A stretch of DNA of 63,844 nt, the filler included. It is 11 parts of 11 records of this genome, joined end to end, with 100 filler letters (N's around TTAATTAATTAA, not from the genome) between each part and the next. Parts side by side here need not be neighbours in the genome. Positions count along the whole stretch, not along the records: positions 35,646 to 43,638 come from SRR15195285_1428; positions 43,739 to 52,246 come from SRR15195285_1430; 9 more parts are not named here. One strand, written 5' to 3'. Shown here in pieces: positions 35,546-46,509 of this stretch; the stretch's first letter is position 1, and each line of letters begins with the position of its first letter. Position numbers and translations under genes: made by a program. The notes below the pieces were generated by a model, which was not told the DNA's origin, made no database searches, and saw nothing but the letters and a program-made list of their open reading frames with translations.

Positions 35546-36196
35546 NNNNNNNNNNNNNNNNNNNNNNNNNNNNNNNNNNNNNNNNNNNNTTAATTAATTA
35601 ANNNNNNNNNNNNNNNNNNNNNNNNNNNNNNNNNNNNNNNNNNNNCCCCCCCCCCCCCCCCCCCCCACCCTCTGCCCTCTGCCCTCTGCCCTCTGCCCCC
35701 TTGAGGCGGGTGTGACCACCTCGCCGATGGGTGGGGGGTGAGTGATGGGGGTGCGCCCGCTGGAGTTGGTTCCTGGCGGCAGCAGGTGGGGCAGCGCGGG
35801 ATCGTCACGTACTTTGTAGTTCGCAACGATCGGCGATCTGCGGGCTGGGGTGGCAGGCCACCTCGGTTGGGCTTGGTCGGCTGGGGTAGGAGGTGAGGGT
35901 TGTCCCGGGGGCGAAGTTGCGGCTTGCTGGGGAGACGGGATGGGGTGGTGTGGTAGCTAGGCGGCTGGCTGGTTTGTCGGGGAGTGGGGTCCGGGGCTGG
36001 GGCACGTGATGGTTTCCAGGTGAGGCTCCGTTCGAGCTCCGGTAGCTCCTGGGCATAGGCTGGGTCGCCTTGGAGGTGCTGGACCAGGAGGCGGAGGATC
36101 CGCCGGGCAGCGCGAGCAGCAGGGCAGATGGTTTGGGAGTGAGCGACACGCCTGGCGTGGACGGGTGGGAAGGCCTGTCCACGGGACGGGACGAGT

Positions 36197-39100
36197 ATGC
36201 AGCTCGGGGATATGCGGAGCGACGACAGCCTGCCGCCAGCTGCGCTGTTGGCAGAGTCGACAGAGTCGAAGGGCGTTTTTGAGCAGGAAGCTACGGAGAT
36301 TGGACCGCGCCGCGATACTCCGCGCGTCCTTCGGGCTTCCTGCTGCCGTGAGCTTCCGTCGTCGCTCGGTCCCGACCAGGTCGGGCAGCTGGTGCTCGTC
36401 ACTCATCTGAGCGCGAGGGAGATCAAGACGGTGGACCACCTGTTCTGTCTGCTCGTAGAGCTCTCGCTAGCGATTGGCGAGCACGTCCCCTCGAGGGTGA
36501 TTCCAGGCTCTGACCAGGGTACCCCCCGCGCGGGGAGCGCTAAACTGGCGCCAGGACCTTCCGCGGATAGCCATTGGGCGCTGACGGCGAGACAGCTGCG
36601 GCGGCTGCCAGAATTCTCGCAAAATGTGTTTCTAGAGCGATTCATCCGCGTCGTTTCGGAGACAGGCGAAGACAACGTAACGCTCCTGGAACTTCTCGAC
36701 CTGTACTCGGCGCTTTCCCACCGCGCCAGCCTCGAGTGGAAAGCATGGTTCCTGTTCTGCGTGTTCGACTACGACGAGGACGGCATGCTGGACTCTGGAG
36801 ATATCTACCGCACAATCCGTCAGATGATAGTCAATACGCACAGCATGCGGTTCAGCGGCGGCAGGCGCACAGATGCCGCAATACTGATTCAGGCACATCT
36901 CAGAGGGCGACAACACTGCAAGGAAGCGGCTATAGCGAGAGCCAAAATGGGCGAGCCACCGATACGCGCGCTGGGTCGGTCGCCAACCTTCACCGAGGCA
37001 TACACACGCAAAATCTTGAACAGGTGTCAAAGCGTGCAGCACATGGTGATGGACTTTCGATACTTCGAGACGGTACTGCGAAAGTCCCCATCGTTTCTGG
37101 GCTGCTTCAGGGTCACCATGTGTAAGCCTCGCAGAATCGAGAAGTTGCTGCGCGGGAGCAATCTTGAAAAAGTTGCGGAGCACGAGATGGAGCACTTTCA
37201 GCGAATCAAACAATATTTTTCGGAAGACGACACGGGCGCCGCCCATTTGGACGGACAAGCGGAAAGCACTGTAAACCCGCTGCATCAAAGCAAACCTTCG
37301 CTCGGCAGTTGGGACAGGAATGACGCACTAGCTCGGAGAGTCAAGCACCTGGACAGGGCGATTGAGAAAAGGACCCATGAATTGGATGTGAAATTGGACG
37401 CGGACGACTACGACGTGAGCCGGCAAGATGGCGATGGTCTATGGAAGCCGTACGGTGACATGGGGACAGAAAACGCTTATGGTATGCGCCCACCCGTCCT
37501 AGCCACACGGCTGAGATGGATTGGATTAGATATGCGGATGCTGCGGATGCTGTCCGGAAAAGGAGGCGCGCAGGCGCACATGACTACGCACAAGAGTGAC
37601 CGCTCGGATTACGAGGCAGACAGTGTGGAACAGATATTGCACGAGTTTTCGGGGGGGCGTAAGGGCTCGTTCGTGGGATACCTGGTGAAATCTATGGTCC
37701 GGCGAGTCGAGAGGCTGCATCATGGATTATGGGGCCACGCGCTTGCGGATATCAGCCACAAGCACGGTGCCGGTATCATGGAGCTCGCGTCGATCATGAA
37801 GTGGATGCTGCTGCTGAACTTCGCTCTGGGAATGATGTGGATGTTGCTTGTCGTTGTTCCCCGGGATTTTGATGCCGACAACTCAGTGCAGGCTTCCTTC
37901 CTTACCGTGATGTCAGCCATGGTAGTGAACGGGTCTGACACAGAGCGAAATCTATTTTATGATGGATTTGAGCGGAAGCAGGGGATTCTTGTACACATGG
38001 ACTTTTTCTATTTCACAGCCATCATTGCGACAATCGTGATCAGCTTGGCTGCTATGCTTTGGAAGCTTGGCACCATTCCCATCGGGGGGACAAAGACAAA
38101 GAAGGTCGAGGCTGACGCTGGGATGGAATGGGCCACCATTCTCGCCGCTTACGATTTCACGCAGGTGGACCTGGACTCTGCGTCCAAGATGCGGCAGAGC
38201 ATCCGTGGTAGAATCGAAGACTGGCATGCTGACCTCAAAGAGGCGCTGCTGATCGAGCAGATCGAGCAGGCCTCATGGGTCGCGCACTTAAAGATTCATC
38301 TACGGCTGAAAGTCGGCACGTTTATGACCAACCTTTTGCTCGTGGGCTACGCTGTGGTCTGGTTCTGGATGCTCAACAATGAAAAAGAGCTCACAAAATA
38401 CCACGTGTTGCTGGCGCCTGCCATTCTTGCGTCGTTGAACGCTTCGTCGCCGCCAATCATCAAAGCGATCACAATATTTGAACACCGGGCCAAGTCCATC
38501 GATGTTATGGAAGTGTGCGTGCAGCGTATCTTCCGGGTGAAGATCGTGCAGCTGCTGACAATATACTACACGATCTTCAAAATCATGTCCAGTACGCACG
38601 TACAACAGGTGAGAGAGGATTTTGGACAGTCAACATTTTCAAATTCCACGGAGGAGAGGTTCGGGGGTGAAGGAATATTGGATTCGTGGATTGGCAACAG
38701 CACAGACTATGATGAATGTCCTGAAGCTCGCAGTGGCGCGATTTTCCTTCACCAGCTCGTCATGGACGCCGTGGTTTTCATCACCATCCAGTACTCATAT
38801 CTGTTCATGGTCACGGTTGGCTTCCCGAATTTGTTCACCTGGCGCTCAGCAGTGCGCAGCTTTGGCAAGGGGACCATGACCGAAAAAGATGGATACCAGC
38901 TGCAAAGCAGGATGGTGAACGTTGCCGTGCACGAGACACTGAATTACAGTGCGTTGAAATCTGCGATTTCAAAGAAGAGCTCACTGCGTCAGACCAGGAA
39001 AAAACTGCGCTGGTTCATGCTGGCACCGCACAAAGAAGGCCGGTGGTACAAGCAGGGCGTAATCTCCATATTGCTGGAAAGCTTCATTCACCAGGTAACG

Positions 39101-42100
39101 CGTCAAGGCGCGGACACTGAGGAAGCTAAACATCAGGTGTTGGTGGACAGCTTGCCAAGGTGGCGGGAAAAAGTTGCGCAACATCACCTACATGCCAAGG
39201 ATGAAATGCTCAAAAGTGACTATCGCACAGTGGCACACAAGATATCTGCAATGGGCCTTCTAGACGATGGTGCTGACAGTCGCCCACCGAGTCGACAGCT
39301 GAAGACTGAGCATGTGGAGGTGCAGGAAAGGCGCCATAATCTTGCTCGCGCCATTGTTAACAAGTCGGCAGTGTTTTCGACAATGGACTTGGACGCGTTG
39401 TCCGAACAGCGCCTGGCGGATGCGGGATCGCGCACAGACGTTGAGGAGGAAACCATCTCGGATTTTCGCGCCGCCGCGCACCGATTCAAGGAGCAGGCTG
39501 CACACGCACTTCACGATCTGCCAGACGATGACCCAGATTCTGCTCGGCACAATGTGTCGGGTCTTGAAACAACGAACGATGAGTTTGTTGAACGCATCGA
39601 AGATGCCATGCGAAAGTTGGCTCGGCACGTTTGCGAACTCGAGCAGACTGGTGATGAAGCTATGGCGCATCTTCTGGCGGCTCGGCCCACGCATCGAGAG
39701 CGTGGCAGGTGCAACTGCAGGCATAGTCCGACCGGCCATAAGACTTCCAAAGCTACCGAGATCCGGCATGAGAAGAGGGAAGGAGAGACGCCTGCGCAGA
39801 ATAAGACACGCAAGAACGTGACAATTCTACTCAAGTCTGATGTGCAGTACGCCGCTTCTGCAGAGACCCAGTCGCCGTTGCACGAGTTGCGTTCACTTCT
39901 GTCTGCAGTACCTGCCAGCCAGCTGTGTCTGCTGGTTGAAAGCTGTTCTGGAAGCGACGAAGGCGAGGATAAAGATGGCATTTTGGTGGACTCAGTTAGC
40001 ATTGATCAGGCCCAAGCGTGGCGGTATCATCGTTTCTATCTGAACCAGAGTATCGCGTCTTGGCTAGAGGGAATAACGATACCCTTGTTAGCGACCGTAC
40101 TGGTCGATGGGAAGAAAAAGAAGAGGCGTGTTTATCAGAACTTGAGCCACAAAACACAGAAAGCACTCGTTGATGCCCTGGCAAATCGAGATATCTACAC
40201 TATCGGTGAAATGATTGACAGCCAGTTGGACGACCATGATCTGCAGATGCTTATAAAAGGTGAGAACGGTGAAAAATTCCCGAAGTCCATTGTCCGTCGT
40301 TTACGGGAAGCGCAGGGTGACTGGACAGATGTCACGGCAGCAGTTGACCAGAAGCGGTGGATTCGCATGCCCCCAACCGAGTTGAAGCACGATGAAAGTG
40401 CTAGTCTGATAATTGGAATGCTTTGGCGGCAGGTGTTTGTGTGGGCCGGCACGGCGTTCTGTCCTTGGCTTCCGTTGATGGCATGCGCGCTGCAGATCTT
40501 GATGTTCACGGCTTTACAGCATTGCCTTCTCCACGGGCGATACCTCCCACCGAAGCAGACGTGGGCAGTTGGCGCAACAACGCAGCTTTTCATGCGCTTT
40601 GGCATGCAAACGTTGTTGCTGTGCGTTCTACCGATCACGATGTGGCTCAATGGGAAACCTGCGTGCGGCCCACATGCTGGTATGCAAATTGCGTCGACAT
40701 ATACATTGTTTGAAGAGGAGGTCTTAGTTCCAGCCGTCACGGAGCAGTATTCAGGAAACATCAGAGTGTTGCTCAAATCCCTCTCTTTCGTGGTCCATTA
40801 TATGGTGAATTCAACGTTTCTGCTGCTGATCGTGTTTGTTTTGTGGACACGAGGACGCACTCGCCAGATCCAACTTACTTCGGCAAAGTCGAGGGTGAAG
40901 CAGCTCAAGACGCAGATGCGACTCGACTCTGCCTATTTGCAATCACGGCTGCGAGACGCTAAGACGCAGGCTGACAAAGCCACACAGAAAGCATCGATCT
41001 ATCTGGAGCAGCAAAAGATGCACCAGTACATCATGTCGACTTTAGGTGTGCAGTTGAAAGCGAGGTCTGGTCCAAGTTCCGCGAAGCACAGACAGGACAA
41101 GATCGCGGAGGCCCGTTCGAAGGATAGCTTCTTGAGCATTACAACTCGGATTTGGCCTCTCAGCGAACAGCACGGTCTGGCGCAACGTCATCGGAGGCAC
41201 ATTCCGATCATCTGGTTGATACAGGACACCTCGGTTCCGAACTTCACACAATTCACGGTTCGCGTCAACGATGAAGTTGTTGTTCCCCCGTCGCTGCAAC
41301 GAAACGATCTCTGTGGTGAGGTGTCAGGGGAAGACCATGTGCTTGAGCTTGAATTTGATCTGCCCGAGGACATGATGGCAGACACGTCGCAGAATTCGAA
41401 AGTGAAATTGACAATTACAGCCCCAGATGCAAACTGTTTCCAGAAAATTGGACATGCTTTACCAAGCCACCACCCTGTACCAAACTACCAGTACAACTGC
41501 GTACTCATGCACGACGGCACGCAGTCAATCATGCAGGAGCTACAGGATCGTGAACCCAATCTGGACACACCCATCAACGGCATCTCGTATGGACAGGTCG
41601 CAGTCGACCAGGAACGCTGGGTTGTGCGGATGCCAATCTATCGAGAGGTGGCACAAGCGGCCGACAAAAGCGGCAACAGTGTCACAGACCAGCATGTGAC
41701 TGAATTTCAGGTAGAGCTGCTGAAGTGCACTGTGGAGAGTAAGGATGAGCCACTTGATGAGGATTTTTGTGCAGCACACTTAGAAAAGCTGACTCATAAG
41801 GAGCTGTTGAAACAAGCAACAGCTGCTGGAATAGACGCCCAGACGGTTGCCTCGCACAAGAACAGAACGGGTTCCTATCAGACGAACGCACTTATCGAAG
41901 AAATCGTTAGAGCAGAGGTCGAGCGGCCCAAGAAGAAGGTACCGACGGTGATCGCGAAGTACCGACTCGGGGTGGTATGGCACCGGCACTCGCATTTCAT
42001 CAATCTGTACAATTCGCTGGCGACCTGTCTATCTAAAAAAGAGCAGAAGACGCTGCCCCCGGGCCCGGTTCAGTATCATGACCATATGCACCTGTTCGGC

Positions 42101-42469
42101 AACCACCATGGCCACTTACTCGAAGAACAACGAAAGAACCTCGAGACGTTTATGCAAGATCTCCTAAACCACGGCTCTTTGCAGCCGCATCTCAACCCAT
42201 ATTTTCTCGGCTTCTTGGGAATGTTTGTGGAGTCGACCGAGGACGAGGAAGCCAACAATCCTTACATAGTGAAGACTCGCTGGAAGCTCAGGCATTCTGC
42301 GCACGAGGCCGCAGTCTTGTCCCATCTACATCCGACTGAACGCGCTGAACAGTTCAACGGTGGTCTTGATACCATTCGTGAGGTCGATCGTACAACGCCT
42401 CCTGATATACAGCCAGAGCCAGAGCAGGAGCCAGAGCAAGAGGAAGAGCGAGCGCAAGACACAGTTTGA
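36197..42469 (+). CDS. CIB-like EF-hand domain fused to a TMC (transmembrane channel-like) channel, with C-terminal PX domain
   Basis: Single 2090-aa ORF. CIB-like region 36365-37120. TMC motifs LWGHALADISHKHGAG..KWMLLLN, LFYDGF, CPEARSG..LVMD, RQVFVWAGTAFCPWLP and PACGP. PX motifs VWHRHSHFINLY..LPP..QRKNLETFMQDLL..FLGFL. Confidence 0.85.
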   Translation: MQLGDMRSDDSLPPAALLAESTESKGVFEQEATEIGPRRDTPRVLRASCCRELPSSLGPDQVGQLVLVTHLSAREIKTVDHLFCLLVELSLAIGEHVPSRVIPGSDQGTPRAGSAKLAPGPSADSHWALTARQLRRLPEFSQNVFLERFIRVVSETGEDNVTLLELLDLYSALSHRASLEWKAWFLFCVFDYDEDGMLDSGDIYRTIRQMIVNTHSMRFSGGRRTDAAILIQAHLRGRQHCKEAAIARAKMGEPPIRALGRSPTFTEAYTRKILNRCQSVQHMVMDFRYFETVLRKSPSFLGCFRVTMCKPRRIEKLLRGSNLEKVAEHEMEHFQRIKQYFSEDDTGAAHLDGQAESTVNPLHQSKPSLGSWDRNDALARRVKHLDRAIEKRTHELDVKLDADDYDVSRQDGDGLWKPYGDMGTENAYGMRPPVLATRLRWIGLDMRMLRMLSGKGGAQAHMTTHKSDRSDYEADSVEQILHEFSGGRKGSFVGYLVKSMVRRVERLHHGLWGHALADISHKHGAGIMELASIMKWMLLLNFALGMMWMLLVVVPRDFDADNSVQASFLTVMSAMVVNGSDTERNLFYDGFERKQGILVHMDFFYFTAIIATIVISLAAMLWKLGTIPIGGTKTKKVEADAGMEWATILAAYDFTQVDLDSASKMRQSIRGRIEDWHADLKEALLIEQIEQASWVAHLKIHLRLKVGTFMTNLLLVGYAVVWFWMLNNEKELTKYHVLLAPAILASLNASSPPIIKAITIFEHRAKSIDVMEVCVQRIFRVKIVQLLTIYYTIFKIMSSTHVQQVREDFGQSTFSNSTEERFGGEGILDSWIGNSTDYDECPEARSGAIFLHQLVMDAVVFITIQYSYLFMVTVGFPNLFTWRSAVRSFGKGTMTEKDGYQLQSRMVNVAVHETLNYSALKSAISKKSSLRQTRKKLRWFMLAPHKEGRWYKQGVISILLESFIHQVTRQGADTEEAKHQVLVDSLPRWREKVAQHHLHAKDEMLKSDYRTVAHKISAMGLLDDGADSRPPSRQLKTEHVEVQERRHNLARAIVNKSAVFSTMDLDALSEQRLADAGSRTDVEEETISDFRAAAHRFKEQAAHALHDLPDDDPDSARHNVSGLETTNDEFVERIEDAMRKLARHVCELEQTGDEAMAHLLAARPTHRERGRCNCRHSPTGHKTSKATEIRHEKREGETPAQNKTRKNVTILLKSDVQYAASAETQSPLHELRSLLSAVPASQLCLLVESCSGSDEGEDKDGILVDSVSIDQAQAWRYHRFYLNQSIASWLEGITIPLLATVLVDGKKKKRRVYQNLSHKTQKALVDALANRDIYTIGEMIDSQLDDHDLQMLIKGENGEKFPKSIVRRLREAQGDWTDVTAAVDQKRWIRMPPTELKHDESASLIIGMLWRQVFVWAGTAFCPWLPLMACALQILMFTALQHCLLHGRYLPPKQTWAVGATTQLFMRFGMQTLLLCVLPITMWLNGKPACGPHAGMQIASTYTLFEEEVLVPAVTEQYSGNIRVLLKSLSFVVHYMVNSTFLLLIVFVLWTRGRTRQIQLTSAKSRVKQLKTQMRLDSAYLQSRLRDAKTQADKATQKASIYLEQQKMHQYIMSTLGVQLKARSGPSSAKHRQDKIAEARSKDSFLSITTRIWPLSEQHGLAQRHRRHIPIIWLIQDTSVPNFTQFTVRVNDEVVVPPSLQRNDLCGEVSGEDHVLELEFDLPEDMMADTSQNSKVKLTITAPDANCFQKIGHALPSHHPVPNYQYNCVLMHDGTQSIMQELQDREPNLDTPINGISYGQVAVDQERWVVRMPIYREVAQAADKSGNSVTDQHVTEFQVELLKCTVESKDEPLDEDFCAAHLEKLTHKELLKQATAAGIDAQTVASHKNRTGSYQTNALIEEIVRAEVERPKKKVPTVIAKYRLGVVWHRHSHFINLYNSLATCLSKKEQKTLPPGPVQYHDHMHLFGNHHGHLLEEQRKNLETFMQDLLNHGSLQPHLNPYFLGFLGMFVESTEDEEANNPYIVKTRWKLRHSAHEAAVLSHLHPTERAEQFNGGLDTIREVDRTTPPDIQPEPEQEPEQEEERAQDTV

Positions 42470-42769
42470 GGACGCCGAATGGCGTTTAACGTGGGGAAGG
42501 ATTCCGTGGCGGTCGCCTCCGGTGCTCGGAGCTGCCCGACTTGAGTTCTACGGAGAATTGTGCTAGCGCGCTGTGACGCTCTCATGCGCATGCTCTTCTT
42601 GTAGTGGACTTGTGCCACAGAAGTACCACTGGCGGAGCGCAGCCCATGTGCACGCCACTGCTACGCTGCGCCTGCGGTGCCTCTGCAGAAATGCACGCGC
42701 AGAACCATTTGCGGTCTGCCAGCGTTCTCGCCCAGAAACCAAAATCAATGCTTTTTTGTACACACGAAG

Positions 42770-43430
42770 TCACACCATGGTGTTGCCGGCTCCAACGTGT
42801 GCTGTTCCATAGCTTGCATATTGAGGGTTTGGGCTTGCTTCGTCCGCCCCCGTCGGTGGAATAGATGCGTAAGATGCTGCGCCTTGCCCACCACCCTGCA
42901 GCCCTTCCATGCACCCACCAAGGGCCCCTCCACGATTCTTCATATCCAGTAGCAGTGATGGCACTATGATTGTAAGCAGCGACAAACGAGTACCGCGTGT
43001 GAGGTTGAGCTGAACTGCTGGCCATGGCGCGCGCGACCAGAGCGGCAGCCACTTTCAGGCACACTGAAAACAGCTGTGTGTGGTGGCTAGAACCGGCGCG
43101 CGTACCGAAAAAGGGCTTCGCGGCCATCGAGAAGCACGCCATTGTCAGTGAGAACGTCTGGCCAGGTGAGAGACCTGCATCCGTGATACTGAAGCAAATG
43201 ATGTCGTTCACGATGGTGAGTGCGTACAGGCACACGCAGACCTCGGCGATCTGTGTCGACGGCTCAGTGGCTGTGGGCGGGGTCTCCAGTAGCCGTAGCA
43301 TCAGCAGTAGCACGAACACATTGGTCCACAACCACGACGCAGACAGCGGAGAAACCCACATGGCAGCGGTGAATAGAAACAGGTGGAAGAGCACGATGGT
43401 CTTTAGTGGGACTGTCGGGATCTGTGGCAT
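42770..43430 (-). CDS. AGTRAP-like small multi-TM membrane protein (one predicted intron)
   Basis: MPQIPTVPLKTIVLFH..SWLWTN..TIVNDII..FSLTMACFSMAAKP parallels the AGTRAP pattern (LKxIxxxH, YxWxN, TIxxDI, MAxxSxxxKP). Confidence 0.6.
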
Positions 43431-43773
43431 CCTCGCTGGCGGCTCTCGGGCGGCTGCACGCGGGAGCTGCCACACAGAGACACGCACAGACAGAGCTGAA
43501 AACTGATGTCGGACTGACAAAGGCGGGGACTCTGAGATGCCAACGAATCGGCCCGCCACGCACGCGCGCGCGTGCGCCCACACATGCAGACGCGTATACA
43601 AACAGCAGAGAGAAGGGGGGGGGGGGGGGGGGGGGGGGNNNNNNNNNNNNNNNNNNNNNNNNNNNNNNNNNNNNNNNNNNNNTTAATTAATTAANNNNNN
43701 NNNNNNNNNNNNNNNNNNNNNNNNNNNNNNNNNNNNNNAGACCGCGGGTGCAAAGCAGTTCTGTGATGACGAG

Positions 43774-45926
43774 GTGCATCTAGGTTCATCGATGTCAGGT
43801 ATCGCATCTGTCATGAAATTTGTTCGGTCGTTGCCCACAGGTTTCTTTGAGATCAAGCAAATGCTGCAGTGTGTCAGGCTAGCATATACTGTGGAAGGTT
43901 TCTGCGATGCAGGCACATCAACTCATTGTAGGTCTGCGTGTGTTGAGGCTAGATGTCTGTTGGGCTGGTCGCTTGCGATCATATGCACAAGCAGAAGCAA
44001 CCCGAAGGTGCAATCAGCAGTGCCTCTAATTGATGCTGCATTCAGACGGTTTTTGGACTGGCCGGTTGTTGTTTCTGAAGACGATAGCTGCCCCCATATG
44101 AGACAGTACCGCGATGCTGTTATGAACTTCATGAGGAGCATTGCGACAGACGTTTTAAGGCATGATTCCATCCAGCAAATGCTGCCATCTGCTTTTGATA
44201 TCGAATCTGTCCAGCCAGGGTCAAGCAGATGGTCTGCTTTCTACCTCACAGCATTTTTGAAACAGGCAAATAATGAGACTGAGGCTAGGTTACGGGTGGC
44301 CACGGGCAGCCCCCGTCGTGAAGACAAGTTTGCTGCAGGCATCGCGCGTCCACAACTGGTACCGACGGATGTAGTAGCATGCACAGCAGTACTGGAGCAC
44401 TGCACGAAGCTGATGTCGCAACTTGATTCCACTGCGGGCATCAACCACCGGTGTTCGTCCACGCACCTGCGTGCCATGGCAGCGCTGTTAGATGCCCGCC
44501 GAATAATGGCCAGTAGCTCAGTCGGCAAGTCCGGCGGTCTTCTCGGCTCGGAACTTGCAGAATCTGTTTCGATGGCCGGCAAGCTCCTAACCTTGGATGA
44601 CGTTGACCAAGACGTACACCAGTCGTGCTTGGAATTGATTGCTGCAACGACGCGAGCACTCCAACTGTTCGAGCCACAATTGTCGTCTCGCAACCTCGGC
44701 TGTTTGCTAGCTGTGGTATTTCGTGTTCACTCCAAGATATCCTGCCCACAGAATAAGCAGCTAGGACTGAAAGTGTTCGAAGGCGTGGTGATCGGGGCTG
44801 GGGCAGAGCACGTCGAGTTGCTTCTCCTAATCGTCCAATCCGAGTTGACGACCTGTACTGCTGGTGACAGAGCCGATTTGTGTCGCGTATGGACAGCCAT
44901 CGAAGTGCTCAGAGTTGCTGAAGCAAGCATTCGTTCGCACAGTTTACGCTACAAACCATTACTTCAGAACCATGCGGCAGGCCTGACACAAGCTTTGCTT
45001 CACCAAATCTACGAATTGCAGTATGTACGCACACGAGGTAAAGATGAGGCGGGGGAAGCAGAACTACCGTGGCACACTGTAATGAGTGCCGCAACGCGAA
45101 GCTTGGCGCGTCTGGTGCATTACACAGCGACAAGTGGAATCCGCGAGGCACGACAGACTGGATGTCTGTTGCAGATCGCCGAACGAACGTCGATAGCTCT
45201 GAGTGGGTGCGAAGGATCCGTCACCCTGGCTGGTGTAACTGGTGTATTGGAACTCCTGACTGAAATGGTCAAGATGTGCGCTCGAGACGTGTTGCAGTGC
45301 ATGCCGATGTTCATTTCTTGCACGCGTAAGATTCTGACTATAATCTGGAGCTTGTCGTCGTGCTCGCACACGGACATGCACGCACACCCTGGCCACAAGG
45401 AGCTGTGGGAAACAGCTGCGGCCCAGCTCTGCAGCTTGTACGAGCTCCTTCCAAAGGCACTGAATGCATCGGCACTCCGGCGATATGTTCCGTACTTACT
45501 CTCAAATTATATTGACGCGGCTCTTTGGCACGGTAATCACTTCTGCTCAACCTGCATCCATCTCACTTGGGACATACCGTCCTCGCTGATGCTGTTAACG
45601 AAATATTACATTGCACCCCTCGTGTCTGGTCTTGTTTGTTCTCAGCACGCACGTCTAGTCGGCGGGCACACCAGATCAATGCTACCCGGGATCAGGATCA
45701 GGGCGGATCGTCTTCGTCACCCTCTGCCGCAGCCACAGTAGCTGTTCGGAGCTCGCTGCTTCGGGGGCTTTACACCTTGCTCAGCGTGTGTTCTTCGCAC
45801 GAGCTGAGGCAGCTACACACGGTACGTACCCAACGCATGATGAGCACACATGCGTCTGATCTACTGTCGAAACCAACAACACTGACGTCGCATCGTCCGG
45901 CATCAATGATTCCCACAGGTACTTGA
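43774..45926 (+). CDS. Urb2/Npa2-like ribosome-biogenesis protein, C-terminal part (5' partial, intron near 3' end)
   Basis: Helical ORF with ALRRYVPYLLSNYI and a downstream exon VRSSLLRGLYTLLSVCSSHELRQL resembling the Urb2 C-terminal domain. The end coordinate is approximate. Confidence 0.55.
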
Positions 45927-46509
45927 CAGTCAGGGGCGCGTGATCCTGGACAGTCTAATGGAGGGGCACCGGAATGAGTGGGCATTCAAAGGCAACTGAT
46001 GGCAACCCTATTTTCTATGTGTACCAAGATCTAGATAGATCTGACGCCCACGAAGCCGGGCAGCATACTGGATACAGAGCGGATGAACCTACAAGATTGG
46101 ATGTACAGTATCGATACATCCGGGTGTAGACTGACCCTGCAATTGATTGAATAGAATCTGCTCTACTTAGACCCTACAGCAGCTCTACCCAGGGCCTCCT
46201 AGCTAGGGGGTGGTTGTACCTTTCAGGCACTTCACTCCAGCGGTGCTGAACTATATCGGCCGGGTAGTTTGCTACTGTTGGTCCGCAGAGAAGAGCTGAA
46301 CTAAACAGGAGAGTAGAGCAGTAGTCGATACGATCTTTCCTGGAAACACGACACCGCATCGTGGTGTAGAATTCAAGACGGGCGGGCGGCTGGTGTTCCA
46401 GTGGTTTCAGGGCACTCTGAATTTGGGAACTGCTGTGCTGATGGTGGCAAACAGGGCTCATAAACGAGTGCATGAACGCTCCAACTCCGCTGTGAACAGA
46501 AATGAACAT

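Noticed and set aside
35646-36439. Long antisense and overlapping ORFs here and throughout the ORF track
   Set aside because: Pro/Arg/Ser-rich shadow frames expected in high-GC DNA, with no recognisable domains.
12490-42469. Apparent ion-channel/mechanosensory cluster (K+ channel, four-domain channel, Piezo, TMC)
   Set aside because: Each gene is on a different contig separated by spacers, so adjacency carries no linkage information.
43615-43638. Poly-G/poly-C tracts at contig ends (also about 35646 and 52220) as G-quadruplex elements
   Set aside because: They coincide with assembly breaks, so their length and reality are unreliable.
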